The translations under genes were made by a program, and so were the position numbers. Positions 1-11,824 of a DNA stretch of 64,000 bases are shown here, piece by piece. Positions within the stretch are counted from its first letter, which is position 1. Every line of letters begins with the position of its first letter. The notes under the pieces were generated by a model. It saw only the letters and a list, made by a program, of their open reading frames with translations, did not search any database and was not told the origin of the DNA. The stretch is from contig RSEE01000065.1 in assembly GCA_003971905.1 (NCBI GenBank), positions 248,001-312,000 on the forward strand. The letters run 5' to 3'. Source of the stretch: Moniliella sp. 'wahieum' (Eukaryota).

Positions 1-389
1 CGCTATAGCAGACCAAATTGGTCCAAGGCCTAAGGCGAAACGCGGAACGGCAATGCATCGGCATCGCTCTTGGTGGACTAGTGCATTACATTGGTATGCA
101 CCTTGGGCCTTCGCCCAGCCGGCCAGACGTACCAGATGAGAGTGCCACCACCACACCGTTTTTTGCTTATACTCTCCGAGAGTAGTGTCGTGTCATTATA
201 TTTTGCTGTGTGCTTTTCGCAGATTGAGTGAGCAGGGAGGGGTACCACACCAAAAAAGAAAACATATTCACAGAAGCCACAAGCACGCTCATCGACATCC
301 CTCGGTCAACTGACACACGTATGTGAACGATATGCATTACATTAGCATATGCAGTCGCGCCTCCCTCAGCCAAAACGGACACACATCTC

Positions 390-1301
390 GTGGGGTACGA
401 TCCTTTGGAGAATGGAAGGACAACTCAAGGAAGGTTTGTGCTTGAGATGGTTAGTGGATCAGAGCAGAGCTACAGCAAAAACGATTGGCGTCTCGGTGTA
501 TATGTAGCAGAGGAGGCTGCACGTGTGGCAAGGCTGCATATTCACCGTCGGCTTGGGCACAAGAACACAATGGGAGGAACGTTTCTGAAGCCTCTCCGGG
601 ACTTAGACACGTGAAGAGGCAGCGAAGGACAAACACTGAGGGAGCTGGGACCGGGAAGAGACGATATTGGGCTGCTGGTAGAAGAGAAACCCAGACACAA
701 CAACAAGACTGTTGGGACTGAGCTCGACGTGGCCAAAGGTGAACTCACCCGAGTTGACTGATGGAAAGCTGAGAACGGGAGGACGGATGACGACGAGATG
801 GTAATCAAGTGGAGAAGATGTTGCCTGTATTGGACTAATTGGCTGGAAACCGACAGTAAGTGAACAGGAGAGGCAGAAGGGGACGGAGCTGGAACATGGG
901 AAAAGACCCCTAACGGCTACCAACAGGGTTACAGAGGCGGATAGATATAAAAGGGCAATCACAGGCGCAAGGGGGATGTAGAAAGGAAAACATATAGAAA
1001 CGGTGGTTTGGTTGCCAAAGGCGTAACAGAGAAAGATAGAGGTAAGCGGGGACGCGGCGACAACTGTCGCAAGTAGGATACCACCGACTTATTGCTGGCC
1101 TCTCATTGCGGCCACCGCCTTCACCTTGAGCACGAGGTGACTATTGACGCATGGATGCGTGGCCACTCGGGCCACCGTACCAGCAACGGTCAAAAACTTG
1201 GTCGGACTTATTGAGAGCGTGATCCACTGGGTATATAGGTAGGGCAGGAAGGCGGCCTTAACTTGGATCCGACCATCTCAGATCCGACACGTCCTGTAAC
1301 A
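390..1301 (-). mobile_element. Degenerate solo LTR (same family as 49678-50509); left terminus eroded
   Basis: Collinear blocks shared with the 49678-50509 LTR: TGGGGTAC-ATCC, GCTGCACGTGTGGCAAGGCTGC, TCTGAAGCCTC..GGGACTTAG..GGACAAACACTG, GTAGAAAGGAA, GACTATTG-CGCA-GGA, and the terminal block CCTTA-CTTGG-TC-GACCATCTC..TGTAACA ending at 1301. No TSD recoverable. Confidence 0.8.
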
Positions 1302-1793
1302 TGCTATTGCACCCTTCTCTCTTGTCACTTTTTGATGAAGCACACGTATAACCCCTCTTTTGTTGATGGTATGTGCCCCCGAAGGCCCTCCGCTGGGCTT
1401 ATTGTACAAGAAGCAATTCAGAGCCATTTCCCTTTTCGCTCTCGACCCCACCTCCGATGCCGTCTCTGGACTGCTTGCTGTGGTGCTGTGGCTTATCGCT
1501 GTGAAGACGTGGATGCGGGGCAGCAGCGGGGCGGCGGGGCGTCTTAGCTAAGCACGCCCGCCCCCCCGCCACCCAGGAGGCAAACATGCCAGCCAGCTGA
1601 ACGCGCGCCGGCGCGCTCCATTGTTCGGGCAGTCACATGTGATCTGCGTGTGACCCACCGTCACACGTCCTGTCGCCGGCACAGCGGCCTGCTGCTGCTG
1701 CGCTCCAGGCGGCCTTCGCTTCGGCGCCTCCCTCCACCTCCCCCCCCCTTCCCGCAGCAGCACCGCCGCCCCGCTGCCCCTCCCCTCGCCGCC

Positions 1794-4700
1794 ATGCCTG
1801 CGACGACGGCGTCGGCAGGCCAGCCCCCGCTGTCCACGCCAGATGCGGCGCCCCCCGCCCCCTTCTCTCCCGTCGAGACCACCAACTTCAACGCCGTCAA
1901 GGCCCTCGTCGCTGCCCATGGCCTCACACTCGATCCCTGCATGAGCGCCGAGCAGGCTGCCGCTGCCGGCGACCTGGGGCAAGGCACCCCCTATGTCATC
2001 CACTGCACCCCCCTCCCCGATGGACGCATCCTCTGGCAGCTGCGCACACGAGCCCCGTCGCCCCGCACTGCCGCCGCCGCCTCCGCGCCCTCCCTCTCGT
2101 CCGGCACCCCCTCGGCCTTGACCGCCTCCCTCGTCAGCCCTCCCCGCGGCTCGCCAGCGACAGGCGCCGCGCTCCAGAGTGGCGACATGCTCGGCGCCGT
2201 TCTATCCACCCACCCGTCCTGGGCTGCTGCCGTCGCCCATGCCCAGTCCGCGGCGTCGCCGCCTCCACCGCTCGATGCACCGCTGGGCCCGAGCGTCATC
2301 TTCCACCCGCTTACCCTGGCCCAATGGGCGCCCCTTCCGGGCACCGCTCCCTGCACCAGTGTTCTTCCAATCCTCCCTCCATGCTTGCTGCCCACTTCGA
2401 CTTTTTCCAGTCCCTTTCCCCCGACGGATGCGCCTGAATCGGAGGATGACGAGCCCTGCTTGGCCGACGACCCGCGCTTTGCCGTGTGGGGTGTGGCCCC
2501 TGCTAAACAACCCCACCGAGTCTTGCAGACGTCCGGTCCCGGCTCTGTTGAGGCTCCCTTGGGCCTCATCGAGGCCACCAGCGAGACAGCCCCACCCCCT
2601 TTGAAGCTTATCAGCTGCCTGGGCGAGACATGGTCCCCCCCCTACGCGCCTATGAGGTCTCCGCTCTCTTCCCCCGGCGCTCTTCTGCCCTCCTGGCTGC
2701 CTCAGCCGAGCGGCTCGTGGCTCAGCTCACTTCGGTTATTGATACGCGCCTCCAGACCGACTTTTTCTACACCTTCCGTCTTTTTATGACTCCACACACC
2801 CTCCTTGACCTTCTCCTGGCCCGACTGGAATGGACCTTCCCTGTCTTCGACGCTCAACTGGGTGAGGATTCACCGAGAACTCTTGGCTCGAGCCAGCCGC
2901 TGTTGCCAAACACGACCCAAGCCAGCCGCCAGATCCAATCCGTTGTTCGGGTGCGTACCATGGTCGTGCTCCGCTTTTGGCTCGTCCATTTCTTCGACGA
3001 CGATTGGTACCCTGACGCGCAGTTGCGGTCGAGACTGTGCGACTGGCTCAATGCGACTCGCCAGGGTGCAGCGGATCCGGGCGTGGCAGGGGTGCTGGAT
3101 GCGTTGCGTAAGACGGTCCGTCGGGTGCAAGCCGTATATGGGGCGCAGCCTTCTAGCGATGGCCCATTGGATCTGTCAGACTTGCTACCACCTTCTGCCT
3201 TGGAATTGCGCAAGGATACCGAGACGTTCCCTACTGCACCATCCAAAGAACAATCCAAGCGCCCGACGCCCTTACGGAATATGCTTGGCAACCTACACCG
3301 CATGACCCGCGTTCCCACCCGCAAGCCCTCCAAACAGACGCTCTCCCCCTTGCTTCCGTTCGGACATGACGTAGGTAGCACTACAAATTTGCTGGAGCAA
3401 CAGCCCATTGCGCGTGCAGGCCCAATTGCGGATCTGCTCACCATCCCGGCGCAGCTGCAGGCCTACCTCGAGTACTACGATGTGGATGTGTCTGAGCCTG
3501 AGGACCCTTGTCGGCAGGCGACCTCAAGGAGGTGGATAAGTCAGAGCCGGAGGACAGTTCGTCGGCAGGCGACCTCAGTGCGCCAGAGCACGAAATCAGC
3601 CAGGCCGTGCCACCGGCGATGACCAAGTCTGTATCTGTGGCAGCATCCGACCCGCCGAAGGCCAATCCCGCCCCTGTGCCTGCCACGGTCGCGGACAATT
3701 TGGCCGGGGACACGGACGACTCAAAGGTTGTTGAGGTACAGGGCACTGTACCCCAAATGCTTGAATCATCGCTTGGGCCGGAGGGGTCCACGGTGTCTCG
3801 GCAACCCCTTGCCCCCCTTCCAGCAGTCAAACCGTACGTGTCTGAGCACCCTGATGGCTGGCTTGAGCAACTCACAGGCCGAGCAACGAGTCGGTGTGGA
3901 ACGACTGGCATAGCACCTCGGCCGTGTCACGTACCACCTCCACTTCGGCTGCCCTAAGCGGGGGGACATTTGGTGTTGGGCCCCAGAGTTCGATGGCGTC
4001 GCTGCCACTGTCCCAGGATTTGTCGGCAGATGATTCCCGGGTTTCTCGGATAGCAAGGAGGCCCCGGACGTTGCTCCCCTGCGCTCCTCGCCCATACCAC
4101 CCCTTCCTACGACCTTATCCCGCGTCTTGCCTGCCCCCGCACGACCGCCTTCGATTCCCCTGCCTCCCTTCCCGGCCCCGTTGGAGCTATTCCCTTCCGG
4201 TAATGATTCGGATGGTGACTCGGAGGTGCTGGGTATGCACGAACTGGATGCGGTCCAGCCCGGCTCGAGTTGGGGCAACGCAGAGGTCCCCTCTAACATT
4301 GTGGGGGAGAAGACGAGACCTGACACCCTGCGTGCCTCTTCTCCTGCGCCTGAGGCGGAGGCAGGGCCAAATGCGGCTGCTGCGCTTCCCTTATCTCCGG
4401 ATGAAGCCTTGCCAGAGGAGACGCCAATTGAGACTCCTCTTCCCGTTTCGTCCCCCTCGATCGGCCCAGCGCCAGAGCATCAGGCTGTTGAGCCTGTACT
4501 GCCATCCACGCCGGACCTGATGTGGGAAATGACGGAGCACCCCAACCAGCGCCGGGACCTTTCTCGTACGCCCGTGCCTGGGCCCCTTATGACAGAAGGG
4601 GACCAGGACGATGCCGCCTCGCCTGTACGGACAATTTCCTCTCTTGCTGATGCAGGTCGTTCAACGCCAGCTTCTCGGTGGACGATGCGAGACTGTCTAG

Positions 4701-6774
4701 GAAGGGCAATGACAGCGATGTGGGCATGAGCACCGGCGTGGGGAGTGATTCCGAGCCTCTGACCAATGACGAAGAGGAGTCGCGTCATATGTCGTGCAAG
4801 ATCGCCGGCCTCGCCCTAACGGAGGCTGTTCCGGTGGCCCAAGCGCGCGGCCGCGAGAAGACCTGCACCACTTTGCCTCCGAGCAGACGCTCAAGTCGCC
4901 CTCGCCCACTCCAGCTGGGAGAAACGCGAATGGGATCATGTCCATGGCGGGCCCGCCGCCTGTGGCTGTCCCGGCCTGGCCTGGGTGGTGCAGTTGGATG
5001 ATGTGGACCTGTCGAGTGACGATGAGGGGGATGTCGTCCGCAAGGCCCTCCGTCGGTTGCCTGGGGCGAGAGACCTGCGCCATGCTCGACAGGTAGGCAA
5101 CTTGGCCGACCCACCTCGCCGGCGATCCTCGTCGTCCAGCTCATCAGATCTGGACCAGCCCACTGGGACCAGGAAAAGGAACGGCGCATGGCGGGGCCAC
5201 CGGTAGTGCAGACGGTGCCCAAGTCGGTGATGCCTACAGGTCCACGGGCTCTTCCTTATGGTTTCTTAACCAGCGATTTGTTTGACGATGAGCTAGCGTT
5301 GGCCGGGTGCGAGATGGTGAAGGGGTTCAGCCTTGATGGGTTCGTATCGGACGAGGAGGAGGAAGGGGGTGTGTCGGATGCCCTTGCTCGACTGGAGGGA
5401 TTGATCACGGATGAAAAACGGTCGGCACGGGCTCGCAAGGTAGAAATGCTTTTGGCCGCTTCTGCTCGGAAGATGGGGACCATTCCGAGAAAAGCACTTC
5501 CCGTGCCACCGCCCTCCCTGGCCCACAGAACTCGATGCATGCCCCCTCCGCCTCTGCCAGTCGTGCGCGAGCGACGGCGGGAGTCGGGGTGCAGAGGCCT
5601 CCGCCGGCCTGGAGGTTGGGCAAGCCAGGGGCATGGCCCCGCCCCCCCTCCACCGCTCCTTTATTCTCGACTACCGTTCGGAGGACGTGGCGGCGCAGCT
5701 GTGCCTTATCGAAGCCGAGCTGTTTACCAAGGTTCATGGCACGAGTTTGCGTCGGGGGCCTGGCGGACGGTGCGGCAAGTGCCGGCAGTTTACGACTGGG
5801 AGGCCTTTTACCGTGCGCGCATGCGTCGCCGTATCGCGCCGGAAACAACCGCTGCCGCATCCGACTCGGCTTTGGCTGTGATTGCGGCTCGGTTCAACTT
5901 GGTTGCCAACTGGGTTTCGTCCGAAGTGTGCTTACCGCCACGCCCCGTGCTCGGGCAGGCTGGTGGCCAAGCTGATCCGTATTGCGGTGCGCTGCTACGA
6001 AATGGGTAACTTTGCCTCGGTTGTCCAGATTGTCTGTGGCCTCGAGTCGCCCTGGGTGGCTCGCTTGTCGCGCACGTGGGCAGGCGTACCGGTATTGGAG
6101 AAACGGGCGTTGCGGGACCTGCGCACGCTCGCTTCTCCTGCCCATGGATTCCGTCACCTGCGGAGAGTATGCGACGATCTTGTTGCTCAGTCGGGCCTGG
6201 AAGAGCATATGAACTCGGCAGGCCCGCCTCCTCCGCCGGGGGAGGATCACACCCACTGACTGAGGCCGTTGCGCAGCCTCGTCTTCCCCCCGAGCGTGCG
6301 TGCGTGCCATTCGTGGGGCTTCTCTTGGTCGATTTGACCGAGGTGGACTTAATGCCGACGACATTGAGTGCAGCTGACTATATCGATCGGTGCCCCGGCC
6401 CTGAAGGCGCCTTGCCCTCCGCCCTTTCGCCCGACTGGGCTCCACCTCGGCCGAGGGCGCCGCTGCAGCGGCAGAGGAGCTGGAACAAGTTCTCACTCCC
6501 CTTCCCGATGCACTGGGGCAGCAAGCGCCGCTGCTCATCAACATGTACAAGTACCGCTCCTTGGCGATGAAGATCAAGACGGCGCTGGCTTTCCAAGCAT
6601 GCGCGCGTGCCTACTCCGTCTCCGTCAATGCCCCATTGTACTCGCGCTGCCTCAAGCTGCGCTGCCTCTCCGCACCCGTGCTTACGCAGTATGTCCTCCT
6701 CTTTCTTATCTTGACGACCGCTTGACTGACTTGCTTCCTCTTCTCCCAGGCTTTCTCATATGCAAGAAAATTGA
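1794..6774 (+). CDS. RasGEF (REM + CDC25 domains), Lte1-like; split by several indels, one 3' intron
   Basis: REM domain LLAASAERLVAQLTS..DFFYTFRLF..VRVRTMVVLRFWL (2630-3622). CDC25 domain SFILDYRSEDVAAQLCLIEAELF, RFNLVANWVSSEV, KLIRIAVRCYEMGNFASVVQIVCGL, CVPFVGLLLVDL, INMYKYR. Intron GTATGT..CTGAC..CAG at about 6689-6749, stop TGA 6772-6774. The long REM-CDC25 spacer fits Lte1. Confidence 0.85.
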
Positions 6775-7617
6775 GGCACGTGCCTTGTTGCTTTCCTACG
6801 TCCCTTCATACGCTCTTCTTGTACCCCACGCCTTGACCCACGCGACCTGACTCTGCTGTGGCTCTATCCGCCCCTGTCTTTTACTTGGGACACCGAGGTG
6901 TAGGATAGACCTGCCCCGATCCGACGACTCCCCTCCTTTCCACTTCGCCTCTTCTTCCTCTCATTCACGACTCCGAACCCGAACCCGACTCTCGCCGACT
7001 CAACCTTTACGCGCCTTTTTTCTGCTGCCTCTGCCTCATGACCTTAATGTGGAGCGCCAACCTTTTGTGACATCCCTTTCCCTTTTTAGCTTCAAGTGCC
7101 GCCCTTGACCGAACTGCGCCTTCCTTCTTCATACCGTTTACGCCTCGTGCACGTTTTGCCAATCTTTTGTTCCAATCAATCTACATTTCTATGCGTGCTG
7201 CCCATTTCATGGCCTAGTGCCCTCATTCCTTTTGCTCCCGTGACGCGGGCGACGCGCTCATTGTCACGATACACACACTAGCATGAGATCCAACTAGCTT
7301 GCCATACCGCTGCAGTGTTGGGCTGCGCTTCGACAAAGCCTCTACAGTATGGGACGCACTGCGCCGGGCCGAGAAAGGAGATGCTTGCGGAGTTTCTCAC
7401 CAGGATCACATTTGCCCTAGCCAGTAGGGCGCCTTGGGACTCCCAAGCGAAGACAGGCGCTTGGCCGTCAAATCCGAAGAAGAAAAAGAAAGAGGGGTGG
7501 GACGGATGGTCCCATGGATAATCGGTCACCTCGATACCCGATCCGCGAATCAGCGGCATATAGGAGTTGATGCAACGACCAGCGCACCGTTGGCCTACAT
7601 GAGCTTTGTGGATTGGC

Positions 7618-8369
7618 TTAGACCAAAGTCCAGGTCATTTGGAACTCCCTGGGGAAAAAAGGGCAGCGAGCCAACGTCAGTTAGTGCACCGAACCGAGAG
7701 ACACAGACACAACAACAAGACGGATGCTCTATCTAGGAGACAAGGCAATAGAAGGAGAGAAAACACGTACCCCTCGTTGAAGTTGTTGTTGGTGAGGGCG
7801 CCAAAAAGGCTGGGACATATCCAAGTCCCCGCCGTTGGGGCAGGTGGGGCATGCATCGACAATGGTGGCACTTGGGTCTGGTGGGTAGCTTGGTTGGTAA
7901 TCTTGAGCTGCTTCCCGCACCAACTGGACTTGGCACCCGTGTTGCCATAGCGGGATCCACTGATCGCCACCACCATGTCGCTCGGCTTGGAGTTCCAACC
8001 GCACGCACCTGGTTTTTGCGAGTCCATCATGACTGGGGTCAGCACATCGTCCAAAGCAGACAAACAACCCCCCTTGGCTGGGTTCATATATATAGACGTA
8101 CCCAAACCAACTTGGAAGAAAGTAGCCCGGCCACCCCCGCTGGTTCCGCCACTGGATCCGCTAGTGGAGCCGGACCCGGAGCTGCCGCCTGAGCCCGAGC
8201 TGAAGCCCTCCCCGGATCCGGAGCCAGAACCAGAACCAGAGCCAGAGCCAGAACGACGAACATGCACCATATGTGCCCGGCTGACAGCGCGTTCACCCAT
8301 AGGGCGGCCAGCGCTGGCAAAAGTCGTGACAAAAGCCCCGATGAGGCAAAGCTTGGTAAAGGAAACCAT
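7618..8369 (-). CDS. Secreted expansin-like / RlpA double-psi beta-barrel protein
   Basis: Signal peptide MVSFTKLCLIGAFVTTFASA, Gly/Ser linker, GRATFFQVGLG|ACGW, VVAI, WCGKQLKITN, IVDACPTCPNGGDLDMS, last exon ..EFQMTWTLV*. Two introns with GT..AG ends. Confidence 0.88.
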
Positions 8370-9693
8370 TTCTAAAAGGAAGCAAGAACGCGAAGGATGT
8401 GAAAGGAGAAAGAAGGGTTGTTGGGTCTATAGTGAGGAGGAAGTCGGGGGAATGTAGCGAGGAGGAGGCAGAGAAGAGGATGGAATCTTTGGGCCGGCCA
8501 AGAAGAGGAAAAAGGGGCACGAGGGTGGTGACGGAGGGGAGTCGATGGTGAGCTGCGGTAAGGGGAGGCTAGAGGGTGTAACTTATATACCCCTGCGAAG
8601 AAAGCAGGCGGCGGCAACGCTTGTGCTGGGCGCTAAAAGAGCTGGACCCATAGTAGTGCATATTGGCTAGCCACGCAACAGCTTCTTGCAGTGCTCAAGA
8701 AAAGCGGTGCTGCATGCCAGTGCTGGCGAGTGGAGGATGATGCAGTGATGCACGACCCGAGCATAATGCTTTACTCGAGAGGTGCGAGCGTGACGCGCAA
8801 CGGTGACAAGCGCAGGGGTGGTGGCGGTGGGAGGAGTCAACTTAAGCAACCTTGCGGGGAACTGATCGATAAGAGCAGGAGCGACGCTCGCTCGCTCGCT
8901 CGCTCGCGCATCCGGGCGAATACTTCGATCAGCGCTTACATGTCACGGCGCTGAGGCCGCGGAGGCACAGCAGGGCGCAGCCGGAATAATGCATTACGCT
9001 CTGCTACGCCCTCTGTTACACATGCGACGCGTTACGCCTAACCGTGGTAACCAGTAACGCCTACTAAGAATGGGCGGCTACAGGTGTTGAATAACGTCCA
9101 GTGCGTTGAAGGTCAACAGGGCCCGACCGGTGGCCCGGGACAGACCGAGTACCTCCCTACTCGTGTGTGTTTCCACCAGAGCGCGCGGTGGGGCAGGGCG
9201 GCCGGTGAGGGGTTCGGGGCGGTGAGGTGTGAGACTGACACACGACACCGGCGCAATGATATAAACCACTTCGGCATCTCCACTTTTCTCCACGTCAGTG
9301 ACTAGTGACTAGTGACGGTGCACGATCTGCGTCCTCTTTCTGTGCCCCATTGGCTTCCACCCATCTCCAGCGCAGTCCATTACGGGTTCATATTCAATAT
9401 TCACTGAGGAAACACCCTCCACGCCGTGGACGCTTCACCCCGGGGTATGTGCTTGATTGGCATATGGCACGCTGCGCTAATCCTGCCCAAAATGGCATGC
9501 ACGGCGTAGAAGGCGTGCTGAACGTTAGGTCCATCCAAAGCGGGTTAGGAGGGATTGCTGTGTTCGGCAGTCATAACGCGATGTTGTTTTCTCGGTTATT
9601 GCAGCTGCCAAGCTCTTCATCCATCGAAGTACCCTCGGTACGTAGGTGTGTATAGTACACAAAACTGGATCTCATTTCCACATAACAGTGCGC

Positions 9694-11406
9694 CTATTCG
9701 AGTCTCGGACGTTTGGAGGGGCGGTGAGAATTTTGCTGCGAGCTGAAAAATTCACGAATGTGCTCCTCTGTCACTACCTCTCCCATCTGAGCAAAGGGGC
9801 GAAGGTGATCGTACAACGCCGTTCGCAGTCGATGGTACCCCTCGAGTGTCGAAGCTAGTTGTACGCGAGGTAACGTATCCAGCGCAGCGAGTGCCCGCTC
9901 ATACGACCCCGATGTTGTATTGTTGGTGCCTGGCCCTCGGAGTGAGACCCAGCTCCAGCTCCAGCTCCAGCACCAACAAGGGTGGAGGCAAGGCGAAGCA
10001 GAGCGGCATGGTCCCCATGGCTTTCAAGTCCTTGGCCCGACATCCCCAGGGATGGAGCAGGGGTCCCATCGCGTGATACGGGGGGAGTGTAGGACTCTTC
10101 GGTATCCAGAACAAAGGGAAGTTGATCCCACTTCGGTAGACACTGTGAAGCATCAATACCACAGGTCAGAGCAGCCCAAATGCAACGCTGGCAAAACTTA
10201 CCTTTGCGCAACGACAGATGCGGCTGCGGTAGTTAGATCCCAGATACAAATCCACTCTGGGAGATCTCTGGTCCGACGGAGTAGTGGCAGATGTGGTATT
10301 TGCTTGCAAAGTCTTGACGAGAGCGAAATCTACTCCCGTACCACCCGGGTTGGTGCACCTCAGAACTGGACCGGGGACTGGACTCAGTAGGTGCAGAACT
10401 AGCTACCTTCGGAGGAGATTCAGCATCCGTCTTGGTTGCTCCCCCATCAGGCAGCTCGGATGGGCCCCTCATTCGCCTCAACAATATCACGACCTTCAAC
10501 ATGGCCCTCCTGAGACGCCTGCGTTTCAGTCGACAAAGTAGCTTTGAGCTCGGGTCTCGCCGTTCCAACCGCAAGCAGATCAATGGGACTTTCCTGTTCC
10601 GAACCAGGAACAACTTTTTGCACCATTGTGCTTTCCTGGATTGCAATGGGATCCCGTGCCACCTCTTGGACGAGAGTGATAAAGCCAGTACCGTGGACAC
10701 CGACATAGTCCTGCAAAATAGGGTGGGCCAACACACACTTCGAGCAGATGAAGTCGTCAAAATCATCTTGACCAAAGGTGCCATCGGCTGAACCAAGGGA
10801 GATGCAATTCTCGTGGTACCATTCTTCGCATACGACACACTGGAACATGGTCTGTCGTCGGAGCTTCCGTCAGTAGCGGGCCTGATCAGGAAGCAAACAA
10901 GGGAGGGGGGGGTTTGGAAAGATGCTAACCTCCTCCTCAGTTTCTGGGTCGTATGTCTTGCCCTTGGGGCAGTAACAAAACTCGCCTTCAAAGTTTTTGG
11001 TATACTGGTTTTCGGTGTTGGCCGTCCAGCGTCCAGGGGTACGCAGAGAACATGCTTCCACCTCCGTATCTGGCTTCAAGCGGGCGAGAGAAGGGGTGCC
11101 GCAATCGCAGCGGAAGTGCCGCCGGTGGAAGAGCTCGACGAGCTCATGTTCAGCATGGCATCCCAAGCTGCAATGGGCGCAGATCCCGCCAGACCCACAG
11201 GTACGGCAGGAATATACGGGCTGGCGGATATAGCCGAGATCATGTGTGCAGGCGCCGAGGCCAAAAGGAATGGCCTCGGCTGCCTCTCGCTCGAGCGCTT
11301 GCTCGCGTTCAATCAGCTCCTGGGCAGTGTACACCGCCTCCTCGGCGAAAGTATGGGAGGCGTCGCAAGGCTTGAGTGGGGACGGGGAGCGAGAAGAATG
11401 GAGCAT
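9694..11406 (-). CDS. UBR7: UBR7/Mlo2-like E3 ligase (UBR zinc finger + PHD)
   Basis: CTHDLGYIRQPVYSCRTC..GICAHCSLGCHAEHELVELFHRRHFRCDCGT; NQYTKNFEGEFCYC; MFQCVVCEEWYHENC..FICSKC; C-terminus GYHRLRTALYDHLRPFAQMGEVVTEEHIREFF, TAG at 9694-9696. Confidence 0.9.
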
Positions 11407-11824
11407 GAGACGCCGGTGGTTGTGCAGCCCCTCCCCCCGATTGACAACCGCGTAGACGAGACGACGGCACGGCTGCTTACCAAAGCGTAAACAACCACTT
11501 TCATTTACACGTGGAATGTAATTGGCGCTCGGGCCTCCTTATCAAATGTTTTTTTTTGTTGCATTTTGCCACCTGTTGTGGGGTCATCTGCTTGCTGCTT
11601 CAGTAGGCAAGCTTGTGAAACGTACGAACTTGTAACGCGTTTAACGTTTATGAGGCTGTATGGGGTCATCGAATCGGAGCTATGGGCGCGAGGTTCGTAC
11701 TCCGAGGCGGATCACAGGCATGGTTACTAGGTCCGATCTTCAGGCGGGTGGGTCCCCATAACGATTCTTTGGGTTAGGCATAAAAAACTCGCCACGATTT
11801 TTGAGGGTCTCTTGGCGCCGTGCC

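Noticed and set aside
7704..7721. 18-nt match CAGACACAACAACAAGAC between the expansin-like gene intron and LTR copy 692-709
   Set aside because: Low-complexity CA-rich word. The similarity does not extend, and the segment is not evident in the intact solo LTR.
8970..9070. Clustered TTACGC/GTAAC words resembling hAT/MITE sub-terminal repeats
   Set aside because: No TIR pair or TSD could be identified.
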